39,653 bases of DNA, taken from positions 1 through 39,653 of the forward strand of contig JBLIRO010000045.1 of the NCBI GenBank assembly GCA_049472335.1, written 5' to 3'. Of the stretch, positions 28,858-39,323 are shown piece by piece. The translations under genes and the position numbers were made by a program. Origin of the DNA: a bacterium. GTDB taxonomy: Bacteria > SZUA-182 > DTGQ01 > JAFGSM01. The first letter of the stretch is position 1. Each line of letters begins with the position of its first letter. The notes under the pieces were generated by a model, which saw only the letters and a list, made by a program, of their open reading frames with translations, was not told where the DNA came from and made no database searches.

Positions 28858-29895
28858 ATGAATGTGGGAATTATTGGCCTTCATGGCTCTGGTAAGACCA
28901 CAATCTTTAATTCTTTAACAGGTCAGATGGTTGATTCAGACACTTCGAAAGGCAAAAAGGGGTGTGTCTTGGGTCTTACCATGGTACCAGATAAAAGGTT
29001 AGACAAACTTACTCTTATATTTAAACCTAAAAAGACGGTATATGCCAAGATCCGTTTCACTGATTTCCCGGGATCTGTAAAGGACGATAAGGGATTCAGT
29101 GACCAGACGCTCAGAAAATTGAACGAGGTGGATGCCCTGGCATTGGTTCTCAAAGGATTTTTTGCCGGAGTTTTGCCTTCGCCATTGGAGGACCTGAGGG
29201 CTACCTTCGCTGATATGATAATGGCCGATCTTATTTTGGCTGAAAGGACTATTGAGAGATTAAAAAAGGATAGGCGTGACCCCAGGTTGCTCGAGGTTAT
29301 GACAAGGATTCATGAACATCTGTCAAATGACATGTGTCTTTCACTTTTGAGTCTGGATGAGCATGAAGAGATGTCTATCTCAGGGTACTCCTTTGTGACC
29401 AGGAAACCTATGCTGGTTGTTTTGAATACAGGAGAGAACGGGGATAAAGATTTTTCAATGGATAAGATCAGGGAAATCTGTGAGGGACAGGGATGGGAAT
29501 TTTTGATAATATGCGGATCTTTGGAAGAAGAGATCGCCCAGCTTAACACAGAAGATCAAATTGCTTTTCTTGCTGATCTGGGTGTCGAAGAACCTGCCAG
29601 TGTTAGGTTCATCCATGCAAGCTATATGCTTCTGGATTTAATCTCTTTTTTTACTGTGGGGGAGGATGAGGTCAGATCCTGGCCTATAAAACGTGGAACA
29701 AAAGCCCTTAAAGCCGCAGGAAAGGTCCATTCTGATATGGAAAGAGGATTCATTCGCGCCGAGGTGATCGGGTATGACAATTTTATTCAATGCGGAGATT
29801 TTGTGAATGCCAAGAAAAGAGGCCTCTTGAGGTTAGAAGGAAAGGAATATCAAGTCTCAGATGGAGACATAATCTCGTTTAGATTTAACGTATGA
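28858..29895 (+). CDS. ychF: YchF/Ola1-family ATPase (divergent)
   Basis: GLHGSGKTT P-loop, VPDKRLDKL, SFFTVGEDEVRSW, HSDMERGFIRAEV, RLEGKEY. Confidence 0.88.
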   Translation: MNVGIIGLHGSGKTTIFNSLTGQMVDSDTSKGKKGCVLGLTMVPDKRLDKLTLIFKPKKTVYAKIRFTDFPGSVKDDKGFSDQTLRKLNEVDALALVLKGFFAGVLPSPLEDLRATFADMIMADLILAERTIERLKKDRRDPRLLEVMTRIHEHLSNDMCLSLLSLDEHEEMSISGYSFVTRKPMLVVLNTGENGDKDFSMDKIREICEGQGWEFLIICGSLEEEIAQLNTEDQIAFLADLGVEEPASVRFIHASYMLLDLISFFTVGEDEVRSWPIKRGTKALKAAGKVHSDMERGFIRAEVIGYDNFIQCGDFVNAKKRGLLRLEGKEYQVSDGDIISFRFNV

Positions 29896-29980
29896 AAAAG
29901 GAAAAAATGATGGTCTGGAAAAAAATGAATCCTGACAATGTCTTTCATAAAAAAGATGAAGTTGAAAGGTATGTTGAATT

Positions 29981-32071
29981 ATGATCGATGATTTAAAAAA
30001 ATTAAGGAATATAGGTATCAGTGCCCATATAGATTCGGGAAAGACTACCCTCACGGAAAGAATCCTCTATTATACGAAGAGGATCCATGCTATTCATGAT
30101 GTCAAGGGTAAGGATGGCGTCGGTGCCACAATGGATTTTATGGAGCTTGAGAAAGAGAGAGGCATTACAATAACGTCTGCTGCCACTTATTGTGAGTGGG
30201 AAGGGCATTTTATTAACATAATTGATACACCCGGGCATGTGGATTTTACTATTGAGGTTGAAAGGGCTCTGCGTGTCCTGGATGGTGCTATTCTTGTGCT
30301 ATGTGCGGTAGGAGGTGTGCAATCACAGTCCATTACAGTGAGCCGTCAAATGGAAAGGTATAAGGTGCCCAGGATTGCCTTTATCAATAAATGTGATCGA
30401 AGCGGGGCCAGTCCTTTACGTGTGGTTCAGCAATTAAGGGAAAAACTAAATCAGAATGCCATGCTTATGCAAATTCCCATTGGTCTGGAGGCAGGCTTCA
30501 ATGGTGTCGTGGATCTTATTACTATGGAGGCTGTTTATTTTGAGGGCACTTCAGGTGAGATCGTTAAACGTGGGCCAATTCCTGAAAACCTTCAGGATGA
30601 GGCTGAAAAAAGAAGAGAAGCGATGCTGGATGAAGTATCACTTTTTTCTGATGAACTGACAGAGGCCATTCTGGATGAAAAAGTGACTCCTGATTTGATT
30701 CATCAGGCTGTTAGGGCTGGGACACTATCTCTCCAATTGACACCGGTTTTTATTGGATCTGCTTATAAAAATAAAGGGATTCAATCTCTGCTGGATGGGG
30801 TTGTAGACTATCTGGCATGTCCCTTGGATGTTAGTAATAAAGGATTGAATCCCGGCAATGATAATAAAGAAGTTATCGTAAATGCGGACCCTGACGCGCC
30901 TCTCGTAGCCTTTGCCTTTAAACTGGAGGAAGGCCGCTACGGGCAGTTGACATATTTGCGGGTATATAGAGGCAGGTTAAACAAAGGTAGTACAATACAT
31001 AATATACGAACCGGTAAAAAATTAAAAGTTGGAAGATTGGTGAGGATGCATGCAGATAAGATGGAGGAGATAGAGGATTGCGGCCCGGGTGATATAGTTG
31101 CCATGTTTGGAATAGACTGTGCCTCGGGGGATACATTCTCTGATGGCAGAGAGGAAATAGTCATGGCCTCCATGCATGTGCCGGAACCCGTGATATCCCT
31201 TGCCATAACTCCACAGGACAACAAGTCTCAGGAAAAAATGAATAAGGCCCTCAACCGTTTTTGTAAAGAAGATCCTACTTTTCGGTCACATTACGATCAA
31301 GAATCAAGCCAGACAATTATTTCCGGTATGGGCGAACTGCATTTGGATATTTATATTGAAAGGATGAAAAGGGAGTACGGGGCCTCAGTGGAAAGTGGAA
31401 TGCCCCAGGTTGCTTACAGGGAGACAATCTCACGGCCTGCCGAGTTTGATTATCTGCACAAAAAACAGACAGGAGGGGCCGGCCAGTACGGCAGGGTTAT
31501 TGGTGTTATCGAACCATATTTAGATGGCCCTTATAACTTCGTCAATAAAATGGTAGGAGGTCATATTCCGAGTGAATATATACCTTCATGTGATAAAGGA
31601 TTTCAAGATTGTTTAAAAAAAGGCAGCCTGATTGGCGCCCCTATCTCAAATATACAGGTCACCCTGACGGATGGCGCAGCCCATTCTGTGGATTCTTCGG
31701 ACATTGCCTTTCGGCAAGCAGCAATAGGCGGGTTCCGCCAGGCATATCAAAAGGCAAATCCGATCATTCTGGAACCGATCATGAAGGTTGTGGTTGAAGC
31801 GCCTACCGAATTTCAGGGTGCGGTTATGGCCACCCTAAATCAAAGACGGGGAATAATAATAGGAACAACGGAGGAAATGAGCTTTTCAATCATTGAGGCT
31901 GAAATCCCTCTCGCGGAGATGTTTGGTTATTCAACGATCTTGAGGTCTTCTACACAGGGTAAGGCAGAATTTACAATGGAATTTTGCCGTTATAAACAGG
32001 TACCTCAAAATATAGCGGAAGAGCTGAAAAAGGAGTATAATCAGAAAGATCCTTCTCAGAAGGCCGCATGA
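29981..32071 (+). CDS. fusA: Elongation factor G
   Basis: [44 protein letters not shown]. Confidence 0.97.
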   Translation: MIDDLKKLRNIGISAHIDSGKTTLTERILYYTKRIHAIHDVKGKDGVGATMDFMELEKERGITITSAATYCEWEGHFINIIDTPGHVDFTIEVERALRVLDGAILVLCAVGGVQSQSITVSRQMERYKVPRIAFINKCDRSGASPLRVVQQLREKLNQNAMLMQIPIGLEAGFNGVVDLITMEAVYFEGTSGEIVKRGPIPENLQDEAEKRREAMLDEVSLFSDELTEAILDEKVTPDLIHQAVRAGTLSLQLTPVFIGSAYKNKGIQSLLDGVVDYLACPLDVSNKGLNPGNDNKEVIVNADPDAPLVAFAFKLEEGRYGQLTYLRVYRGRLNKGSTIHNIRTGKKLKVGRLVRMHADKMEEIEDCGPGDIVAMFGIDCASGDTFSDGREEIVMASMHVPEPVISLAITPQDNKSQEKMNKALNRFCKEDPTFRSHYDQESSQTIISGMGELHLDIYIERMKREYGASVESGMPQVAYRETISRPAEFDYLHKKQTGGAGQYGRVIGVIEPYLDGPYNFVNKMVGGHIPSEYIPSCDKGFQDCLKKGSLIGAPISNIQVTLTDGAAHSVDSSDIAFRQAAIGGFRQAYQKANPIILEPIMKVVVEAPTEFQGAVMATLNQRRGIIIGTTEEMSFSIIEAEIPLAEMFGYSTILRSSTQGKAEFTMEFCRYKQVPQNIAEELKKEYNQKDPSQKAA

Positions 32072-32221
32072 TAGTAGTGAGCAACGGCAGACAGCTATTG
32101 TATGATAAAGGTTTTTGTAGATAGGATTTATATTAATATATAGGAATATAACTTTGAGGTAACATTTTAGTTACTTAAAAACAACTATAATGTTATATTA
32201 TGAGAAAGAAGGGATAGATTT

Positions 32222-32947
32222 ATGTGGCGTGAGACGGTGTCCAGGAGAAATCCGATGAGGATTTTTGAAAAATGTATCCACGGAGGATTGGGAAGGGGGA
32301 ACCTGGGTGTTATTATGGCAAGAGCAGGTGTGGGAAAAACGGCCTGCCTTATTCAGATCTCCCTTGACAATCTTTTCAGGGGACGGAATGTCCTGCATTT
32401 TTCTGTCGGCAAAAAGGTTGATGATGTCAGAGACTGGTACAATGAAATCCTTGAAGATATTATACGGTCATATAACCTGACTCAACCGGAGCTTATTCGA
32501 GAGGAGATTGAGTCGAAGAGAATGATCCTGAGTTATACGGATAATATTTTCAGCGCAGACAGAATGGAAACAGCTCTCATCAGGTTAAGTCAACACGGAG
32601 GCTTTGTTCCGGATGTAGTATTTATTGACGGACATTTTTTCGATGCTTTGTCCCAAAAGGATCTTGAGAGGATTAAGAAAATAGCCGATAAGAACAGACT
32701 TGAGATTTGGTTTGCCGTTCAAACACATCGTGAAGGATTTACCACCAATGAAAGAGGTATACCCGCTCCATGCCATCTTGTAGATACACTGCTAAGCGTA
32801 ATTGTTTTTCTGGAACCTTTTGAAAATTCCGTTCGCCTCCGCCTCCTTAAGGATCACGACAATCCTAATCTGTTAGACCTGAACCTTCTTTTGGACCCCA
32901 ATACACTTCTTATCAGGGATAAGGTAACCCAGAATCTCAATTCTTAG
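32222..32947 (+). CDS. RecA/KaiC/DnaB-like P-loop ATPase
   Basis: GGLGRGNLGVIMARAGVGKT (Walker A), VVFIDG (Walker B). Confidence 0.8.
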   Translation: MWRETVSRRNPMRIFEKCIHGGLGRGNLGVIMARAGVGKTACLIQISLDNLFRGRNVLHFSVGKKVDDVRDWYNEILEDIIRSYNLTQPELIREEIESKRMILSYTDNIFSADRMETALIRLSQHGGFVPDVVFIDGHFFDALSQKDLERIKKIADKNRLEIWFAVQTHREGFTTNERGIPAPCHLVDTLLSVIVFLEPFENSVRLRLLKDHDNPNLLDLNLLLDPNTLLIRDKVTQNLNS

Positions 32948-33469
32948 TTTTTTGGAAGATGCCTGCCGGGATAAATAAGCAATTTTAGTATTGCCAATTT
33001 TATAGAATTGTGAAAAAGAATTCACTTTAGCAATATTTATAAATTTATATAAACGTATCCAATTTTAAATAGATTGGCTTGAATGAGCATCCTTTCCTGG
33101 ATTTGTGTGGTCAGGATTAAAACTTGACATCAGGATAATTTGCTTAAAATAATCGGCATTTTTTTTGCAGAGCATAATGATGTGTTATTTTATCCGTCTT
33201 ATATATGAATTGTTATATAATAATAAATTTAATAAATTTTCAAAACAGGGGGTGCTCCTAAAAAGAAAAGCGTGTATTTAAGTAATTAAGTTTTGTGTTT
33301 AAGAAAAAAGATAAATTTTTTAATTGAAAATTTATTAACTTCGATAAATAAAATCTTATTAACTTTAGTTATATATTTTTCTTAAACAGAGAGCGAGGTG
33401 AAACATTTTATAAGCGTTTAAGTAAATTAACGGCTTAAGTGTAATCAAATAAAAAAAGGAAAGAGTGAG

Positions 33470-34309
33470 TTGGTTATGAAGAATAAGGTTATAAAAGTTT
33501 TAACATTTATAAGTATTTTCTGCCTGATAGCAATTTTCACATTTGTTTCAAACAGCTTTGCCCAATTCATGCCACAGTTTGGTGGAGGCTTTGGTATGCC
33601 ACAGTTAGGCGGAGGCTTTGGTATGCCGCAGTTTGGTGGTTATAGCGGTGCTTACGGAATGCCGTATGGCGGAGGCTATGGAATGCCACAGCAATATGGC
33701 ATGCCACAACAGTATGGCGGAGGCTATGGAATGCCAACGGGGCAGTTCGGGATGCCGATGCAGCAGTATGGAATGCCAACGGGGCAGTTCGGGATGCCGA
33801 TGCAGCAGTATGGAATGCCGATGCAGCAGTATGGTAGTGGCTATGGCATGCAACCTTATGGAATGCAGCAGCAATATGGAATGAATCCATATTCTGCGCC
33901 TGTAGGCTATGGAATGCAGCCTAACGGAATGCAAGGCTACGGAATGCAACCTGGCTACGGAATGCAAGCGGGCTATGGAATGCAGCCTTACGGAATGCAA
34001 GGCTACGGAATGCAACCTGGCTACGGAATGCAAGCGGGCTATGGAATGCAGCCTTACGGTATGCAAGGCTACGGTATGCAAGGCTACGGTATGCAAGGCT
34101 ACGGTATGCAAGGCTACGGTATGCAAGGCTACGGTATGCAGCAATATGGCGGTTCCCCCTATTACCCTAATACTTCTAGTGCCACCGGCACTGGACAACG
34201 TTTTCCGAGACCAGGGCAACCCTATACCCAGTATGGACAACAGGAAGGGGTCTATTACGGGCAGGCCAATCCTCAAGAGTTATTTGCTCTCTTTGGTGGA
34301 GGCTATTAA
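33470..34309 (+). CDS. Secreted Gly/Tyr/Met/Gln/Pro-rich low-complexity protein
   Basis: Signal peptide ending SFA-Q (start TTG 33470 or ATG 33476); GYGMQ and GMP repeats; own terminator. Confidence 0.8.
   Translation: MVMKNKVIKVLTFISIFCLIAIFTFVSNSFAQFMPQFGGGFGMPQLGGGFGMPQFGGYSGAYGMPYGGGYGMPQQYGMPQQYGGGYGMPTGQFGMPMQQYGMPTGQFGMPMQQYGMPMQQYGSGYGMQPYGMQQQYGMNPYSAPVGYGMQPNGMQGYGMQPGYGMQAGYGMQPYGMQGYGMQPGYGMQAGYGMQPYGMQGYGMQGYGMQGYGMQGYGMQGYGMQQYGGSPYYPNTSSATGTGQRFPRPGQPYTQYGQQEGVYYGQANPQELFALFGGGY
33728..34141 (+). repeat. Nested coding tandem repeats
   Basis: 42-nt unit x2 (33728-33811); 66-nt unit x2 plus a partial copy (from 33905); 15-nt GGCTACGGTATGCAR x5 (34067-34141). Confidence 0.9.
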
Positions 34310-34332
34310 TAAGGCTTTAAAACGAATATTCC

Positions 34333-34377
34333 AAGGTCGCTGGATTTTTTTCAAATAAAGGTCCAGCGACCTTTTTT
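34333..34377 (+). terminator. Rho-independent terminator
   Basis: AAGGTCGCTGGA...TCCAGCGACCTT followed by a T run. Confidence 0.8.
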
Positions 34378-34469
34378 ATATCTAAAGTCTAATTTCTAAT
34401 CCTATACCGGTCTATAAACCATCTGAAATCGGTTTGATTATGCCTTTAGATTTTGCTTACAGAGAATTT

Positions 34470-35108
34470 TCAAAGGATGGCCGAAGGACAAAGTTCAGAA
34501 AGGCTACAAGATGGACAGAGAGGCTTTCGAGCCTTGCATATATTGCGGCCGTGAAATATCAAAAGGTGTGAGAAGGAAGTCCATTTTTCATCAGGCAGTA
34601 AATCCATCAAATCAAATTCAATCTTAACCGGGTCATTGTTTTTCGTAAGGCCAAGTCTCTGAGATAGCCTCTTCACATGCGTGTCAACAACAATTCCTGG
34701 TATTCCGAATGCGTTGCCCAGGATAACATTAGCTGTCTTTCTCCCCACCCCTGTCAATTTAGTGAGCTCATCCATTGTCTCCGGTAACTTTCCATTGTGT
34801 CTTTCCAGTATCTCCTGGCAACAAGACCTGATAGCCTTTGCCTTGTTATGAAAGAATCCGGTTGGCCGGACGGCTTCTTCCAATTCATTCAGATCCGCCT
34901 TTGCGTAATCCTGAGCAGACCGGTATTGCTGAAAAAGACCCTTTGTTACCTGATTAACACGAACGTCGGTACATTGGGCAGAGAGGATAGTGGCTATCAA
35001 CAATTCAAGAGGACTGTTAAATTGTAATGCGGTTCTGGCATCAGGATATTCCTTTATCAGGCGATCAAAGATCTTTATGGCCCTGTCGGACAGATTATTA
35101 TTTTGCAC
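34470..35108 (-). CDS. nth: Endonuclease III
   Basis: LSAQCTD, GVGRKTANV, VDTHV, CKARKPLCPSCSLSELC Fe-S motif. Confidence 0.97.
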   Translation of the reverse strand: MQNNNLSDRAIKIFDRLIKEYPDARTALQFNSPLELLIATILSAQCTDVRVNQVTKGLFQQYRSAQDYAKADLNELEEAVRPTGFFHNKAKAIRSCCQEILERHNGKLPETMDELTKLTGVGRKTANVILGNAFGIPGIVVDTHVKRLSQRLGLTKNNDPVKIEFDLMDLLPDEKWTSFSHLLIFHGRNICKARKPLCPSCSLSELCPSAIL

Positions 35109-35134
35109 TGAAATGTTATTCCTCTCAAAAACTC

Positions 35135-36043
35135 TCAGGAAACAGCAAATAATCCCTCTTTGATCAGTCTGGCTGCGGTAGAGAAAAATGGCGCCAGGTC
35201 CTCCATAGATGAAGAGAGATTATTCATAAGAACTATAAATACTCCTACAATTGATAGATTCTCTTTTATAGGGAAAAGAAGACAACGTTCCAACATCTCT
35301 TCTATGCGCGGGCCCGGTCTTTTTTCTGAGCCCGGGCTTTCCCAATAAATCTGACAAAGATTCACAAAAACCTCCCTTTCAGAGAATCTTAAACAAAAGT
35401 CTTCACGCCCGAAACATTTGTGGATAAGACAAGAAAGACTTCTCGGAAGAAGGTCTATGAAACATTTCTGGATACTGCAACAATCCATATTAAATAGTAG
35501 CAGACCTACTGCATCAAGATCAAGAAGTTTGCTTGTTAATAGTAATGATGCCCGCTTCCACATTGTATCAGGGTCAGGGGCCTGGCCGATGATTGTGCTT
35601 AATGTTTGAAGGGTGCGAAGAAAAAGATCCCTTTTCGCCAGCATTGACTCATATTTATCGATTCTATTCTGTAATATCTTTGCCTGGCGGTCTTTTTCCT
35701 TTCTGTGGTCTGCGGTTACCTTTTGAATATTCTTTAGACTGAATTTTTGTTTATTCAGAATCATTTGATCAAGCTCGATCTTTTTCAGCAGGGATAAAAA
35801 TTGATTTCCAAGAGAATTAAAGAACCTTGCCAGCCTTGGATTTGAAGAGATGTTTGCTCTTAATATAGGGCATCTGAGGCATTTGATGATATCTTTATAT
35901 GAAGCCCCGCTTTCTTTTATTTCAGAAGAAGAATTTATAATAATACTTGAAACCGGATAGATACAGGTCTGATTGAAAAACGCGCATAAGTATCGATTTG
36001 CCAGCGCGTGTTTGTAACTATTCTTCTGTTTATGTGGTATCAT
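35135..36043 (-). CDS. Hypothetical protein (Cys-rich N-terminus, coiled coil, GAF-like C-terminus)
   Basis: Long ORF; GGGAGA RBS before the ATG at 36041-36043; LLFPIKENLSIVGVFIVL resembles a GAF strand pair. Confidence 0.6.
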   Translation of the reverse strand: MIPHKQKNSYKHALANRYLCAFFNQTCIYPVSSIIINSSSEIKESGASYKDIIKCLRCPILRANISSNPRLARFFNSLGNQFLSLLKKIELDQMILNKQKFSLKNIQKVTADHRKEKDRQAKILQNRIDKYESMLAKRDLFLRTLQTLSTIIGQAPDPDTMWKRASLLLTSKLLDLDAVGLLLFNMDCCSIQKCFIDLLPRSLSCLIHKCFGREDFCLRFSEREVFVNLCQIYWESPGSEKRPGPRIEEMLERCLLFPIKENLSIVGVFIVLMNNLSSSMEDLAPFFSTAARLIKEGLFAVS

Positions 36044-36095
36044 AAATTCTCCCACTATTTTTAATCATTTTTTTATATAACCATTTTATTTAAAA

Positions 36096-36111
36096 AGCAA
36101 CTGCTATGCCA
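36096..36111 (-). promoter_or_regulatory. Sigma54 promoter for the hypothetical gene (and possibly nth)
   Basis: Minus strand TGGCAT-AGCAG-TTGCT. Confidence 0.75.
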
Positions 36112-36455
36112 GAATAAATAATGATAATTTTTATCAGTCCGAATTCAATTAATGGATTTTATTTTGCCGGGGAGGAAACCCTGATCGATTATATTTTTAG
36201 GCTCCACCTTATTGAAAAGACAAGCTTTATGAGGGATAGACGAGCATGTCAAATGGGGAACTAATAAGTTTATAAGATTATAGATAAAGTTAAAAGATCA
36301 ATATATAATAATTTATAACAATATGTTCATAAAAACAGATTATTGCCATGATTTTTCAATAGCTCCAATTTTTAAAAAGCTTGCAACCATGTTGCATTAT
36401 ATTTATTCATAAAGGCAACATTTCTGATTTAATCTAAAAACATAAATTGTTTAAA

Positions 36456-38060
36456 TTATTTATCCAGAAGGGTTTCCGGAAAGATATTTCCCCTGCCAAG
36501 AATGGCGGACGGATCAAGGGCCTTCTTGACCCTTGCCATCTCATTTATTCCGTTTTCCCCATATTGTATCAGAACAAGATCGTGTTTCAATTTTCCAATA
36601 CCATGTTCGGCAGCCACTATGCCGCCCAGGGAAACGACTTTTTGGGCAAGCTTAATATAAATATCCTTGGCCCTGGAGACATCCGATTCATTTTCGGGGA
36701 TCATATTGACATGGAGATGATTATCTCCGATATGACCGAATATGATATATTCAAGACCGGCCTTACTGAGTGTCAATCTATATTCTTTCATAATATCCCT
36801 CAGATAATGATCAGGCACTGCCATGTCTGTGCTTATTTTATGTATTTTCGGGTTTTTTGTCTTTCTCTGCCCGATGATTCGATTGATAAATTCAGGGATA
36901 CAATGTCTAAATTCCTTTAATTTCAGCCAATCCTTTTTTTCCATACCTGCCCAGGTCTCATCCATGGAAGAACCATTTTCAGCTAAAAGTTCCTCCCAGT
37001 TTTCATATAATTCCTCCAATTCTTCCTCTAAGTAAGCAGCCTCCCAAAAAATGGCGGCATTGGCCTTATCCGGCGGACAAAAATTTAATCCTTCCCGGGA
37101 TTGTGAGCGAATCAGATTCAGGGAATTTGAATCGAAATATTCCAGGCAAAGAGGTGTAAGTTTTTCCCTGGCCTCTATGACAAAGGAAACGGCTTGTTCC
37201 TCTCCAGTGAAAAAAGATAAAGCGCTCAATATGGCCTCGGGTTTTTTCGCTAATTTTACCTTTATGGCTGTAATGACTCCCAAGGTCCCTTCCGCCCCGA
37301 TAAAAAGATCGATCAGGTCCATGTCCGGTTTGCTGAAGTAACCGCAAGCCGACTTTCCCGAGGGGGTAGTATATCCGGGTGGTGCAAAGGAAATCTCTCT
37401 GCCTGTTGAGTCTATTATTTGAAAAAGTCCATTAGGTGAAGGTTTACACATCCCCCTTTCGATTTCCAGAATCTCTCCGTTAGTCAGTGCCACTCTAAGG
37501 GCCTGTACAAAATCCCTTGTTGCTCCGTAATGCATGGATCTGGCTCCAGAAGCATTTGTGGCCACAGTAGAACCTATAAGTGCCGTTTCCTCAGTCGGAT
37601 CGGGTGGGTAAAAATAGGTGAAAGGATCATTAATGAATTTCTTTGTTTTCTCCTCTGGTAAAGGAATATCTTTTGATTCTATCATTGCCTGAAACTCTGA
37701 AAGCCTTAGCCCCGGCTCAACCCATACGCACCATTCTCCCTCTGTTTCATAGATCAGATCGAGAAGCCGATTCATCCTTTCCAGATTTATCAGCACACCT
37801 CCTATCGGTACTGCGGCGGATGTGATACCTGTTCTGGAACCGGATATTGTTACTGGCGTGCGATTGTTGGACATTTCCCTGAGGATTTTACAGATTTGTG
37901 ACTCTGTGGTCGGAAAAAGAATTTCCTCCGCCCAGCCGGGTCCGAATCGGGATTCATCTATTAGATAGGCATTATAAGAACTCGTTATTTCATCTGGGGA
38001 AGAGATCCTGAGAAGATCATGCCCGCTATTATCTTCCTTTGGAGGAAAGCTTCTGATCAT
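36456..38060 (-). CDS. FAD-binding oxidoreductase (GlcD/D-lactate dehydrogenase family)
   Basis: YPPDPTE, ATNASG, GAEGTLG, GHIGDNHLH, AEHGIGK. Confidence 0.9.
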   Translation of the reverse strand: MIRSFPPKEDNSGHDLLRISSPDEITSSYNAYLIDESRFGPGWAEEILFPTTESQICKILREMSNNRTPVTISGSRTGITSAAVPIGGVLINLERMNRLLDLIYETEGEWCVWVEPGLRLSEFQAMIESKDIPLPEEKTKKFINDPFTYFYPPDPTEETALIGSTVATNASGARSMHYGATRDFVQALRVALTNGEILEIERGMCKPSPNGLFQIIDSTGREISFAPPGYTTPSGKSACGYFSKPDMDLIDLFIGAEGTLGVITAIKVKLAKKPEAILSALSFFTGEEQAVSFVIEAREKLTPLCLEYFDSNSLNLIRSQSREGLNFCPPDKANAAIFWEAAYLEEELEELYENWEELLAENGSSMDETWAGMEKKDWLKLKEFRHCIPEFINRIIGQRKTKNPKIHKISTDMAVPDHYLRDIMKEYRLTLSKAGLEYIIFGHIGDNHLHVNMIPENESDVSRAKDIYIKLAQKVVSLGGIVAAEHGIGKLKHDLVLIQYGENGINEMARVKKALDPSAILGRGNIFPETLLDK

Positions 38061-38354
38061 ATTATGAATTTTCCCCTAACGTAATGATTTTTAACATATC
38101 TACGCCAATCTTTATAGTAACAGGGAAAAAATCGATTTATAAAAAGAATAAAAAATCGATATTGAAAAATGGATACCATAAAGCAAATAATATTCTTAAG
38201 AGTTTTGAGGTTCTTTATAATGAGCAACTTTCTCCAAGATGTGGTAATTAACAAATTAAACGGTTACTATCTCATTATGTATGCCAATGACAGGAGGATA
38301 TCCGCTTTGTGTATGTACTGTTTGAGCACAACCTTTGTATATTTTATGGTACTA

Positions 38355-39065
38355 CTAAGACTTATCCCTCCCCGCATCAAGAGCAGGTAAATTCAAATTT
38401 TTTTCCAAGTTGACCATATCCTGTGTCTTTTCAGGAAGAGGTGGCACAACCATTCCGCCAGAGACAACAACCTTGATCCCTTCCTCGATACTCATTGAGA
38501 GAGGGATAAGGTCTTCCTTGGGAACAACTATCAAAACACCGGATGTGGGATTCGGTGTCGTTGGAACAAAGATATTGACAGTTTCCTTTTTGGTGACCAT
38601 TTGAACCTCCCCCCGTGAATCAGAGGTCAGAAATCCCAATGTGTATATCCCTTTGCGGGGATATTCCACCAATACAACCTGTCTGAATGCCTTTTTGCCG
38701 GATACAGAGATTGATTCCATAAGCTGTTTTGAGGAATGATAAATGTTCCATACTAAGGGAACCTTGCTGAGCAGCTTTTCTCCAAGTTGGATGGTTTTTC
38801 TGCCTATAACATTTGTCACAAGAAGTCCCATGAGATAGGTTATTATAAAAAGACTGAACAGACCAAGTATCCCGGATAAATAATAAGTAACCTTTTCATC
38901 TAATCCAAGAAGCTTTGAAAAAAAGGAAAAGGGCCCTGCAAAAAGGTTTTGAAAAACTCCCAAGCTGAATCGGACCATGAGGATAGTAATAAAAGCTGGA
39001 AGGATAACCAGGAGCCCGGTTAAGAATTTATTGCGGAGATGGTGCCTGAATTTCTCGAATGTCAT
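38355..39065 (-). CDS. DUF502 membrane protein
   Basis: FLTGLLVILP, VLVEYPRKG, FVPTTPNPTSG. Confidence 0.92.
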   Translation of the reverse strand: MTFEKFRHHLRNKFLTGLLVILPAFITILMVRFSLGVFQNLFAGPFSFFSKLLGLDEKVTYYLSGILGLFSLFIITYLMGLLVTNVIGRKTIQLGEKLLSKVPLVWNIYHSSKQLMESISVSGKKAFRQVVLVEYPRKGIYTLGFLTSDSRGEVQMVTKKETVNIFVPTTPNPTSGVLIVVPKEDLIPLSMSIEEGIKVVVSGGMVVPPLPEKTQDMVNLEKNLNLPALDAGRDKS

Positions 39066-39102
39066 ATTTTCCTCTTGTTGGAATTTTTGTAACAGTTCAG
39101 TT

Positions 39103-39243
39103 CACCACAGAGGCACAGAGACACAGAGAAAAATCAAAAGACAATCCTCTTGATTCCCTCAATACCGATGAACTTCTCGCTATCCCAATTATCTTCTCTG
39201 TAAGTTTTCCTTCTAAAATCATTTCTCAGTGCCTCTGTGTCTG
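39103..39243 (-). mobile_element. Internally deleted GxxExxY-gene element flanked by inverted CACAGAG repeats
   Basis: CACCACAGAGGCACAGAGACACAGAG left, CTCAGTGCCTCTGTGTCTG right. Minus strand 39222-39134 reads MILEGKLTEKIIGIA / EVHRY / EGIKRIVF* across frame breaks. Confidence 0.7.
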
Positions 39244-39323
39244 TTATGTAAAGTGTCAAGTTTTTTTTAATTTTTTTTAAAATAAAATTTAAAATAAAAT
39301 AAGAGAGTAATAGATAGTAGCCG

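Noticed and set aside
33567..34358. Alternative-frame repeat ORFs (LHTVA, CKATV) and a CRISPR-like look
   Set aside because: By-products of the coding tandem repeats; there are no unique spacers, and only the GYGMQ frame has a signal peptide.
38057..38390. Short ORFs or an ncRNA between DUF502 and the oxidoreductase
   Set aside because: No motifs, RBS or stable structure recognised.
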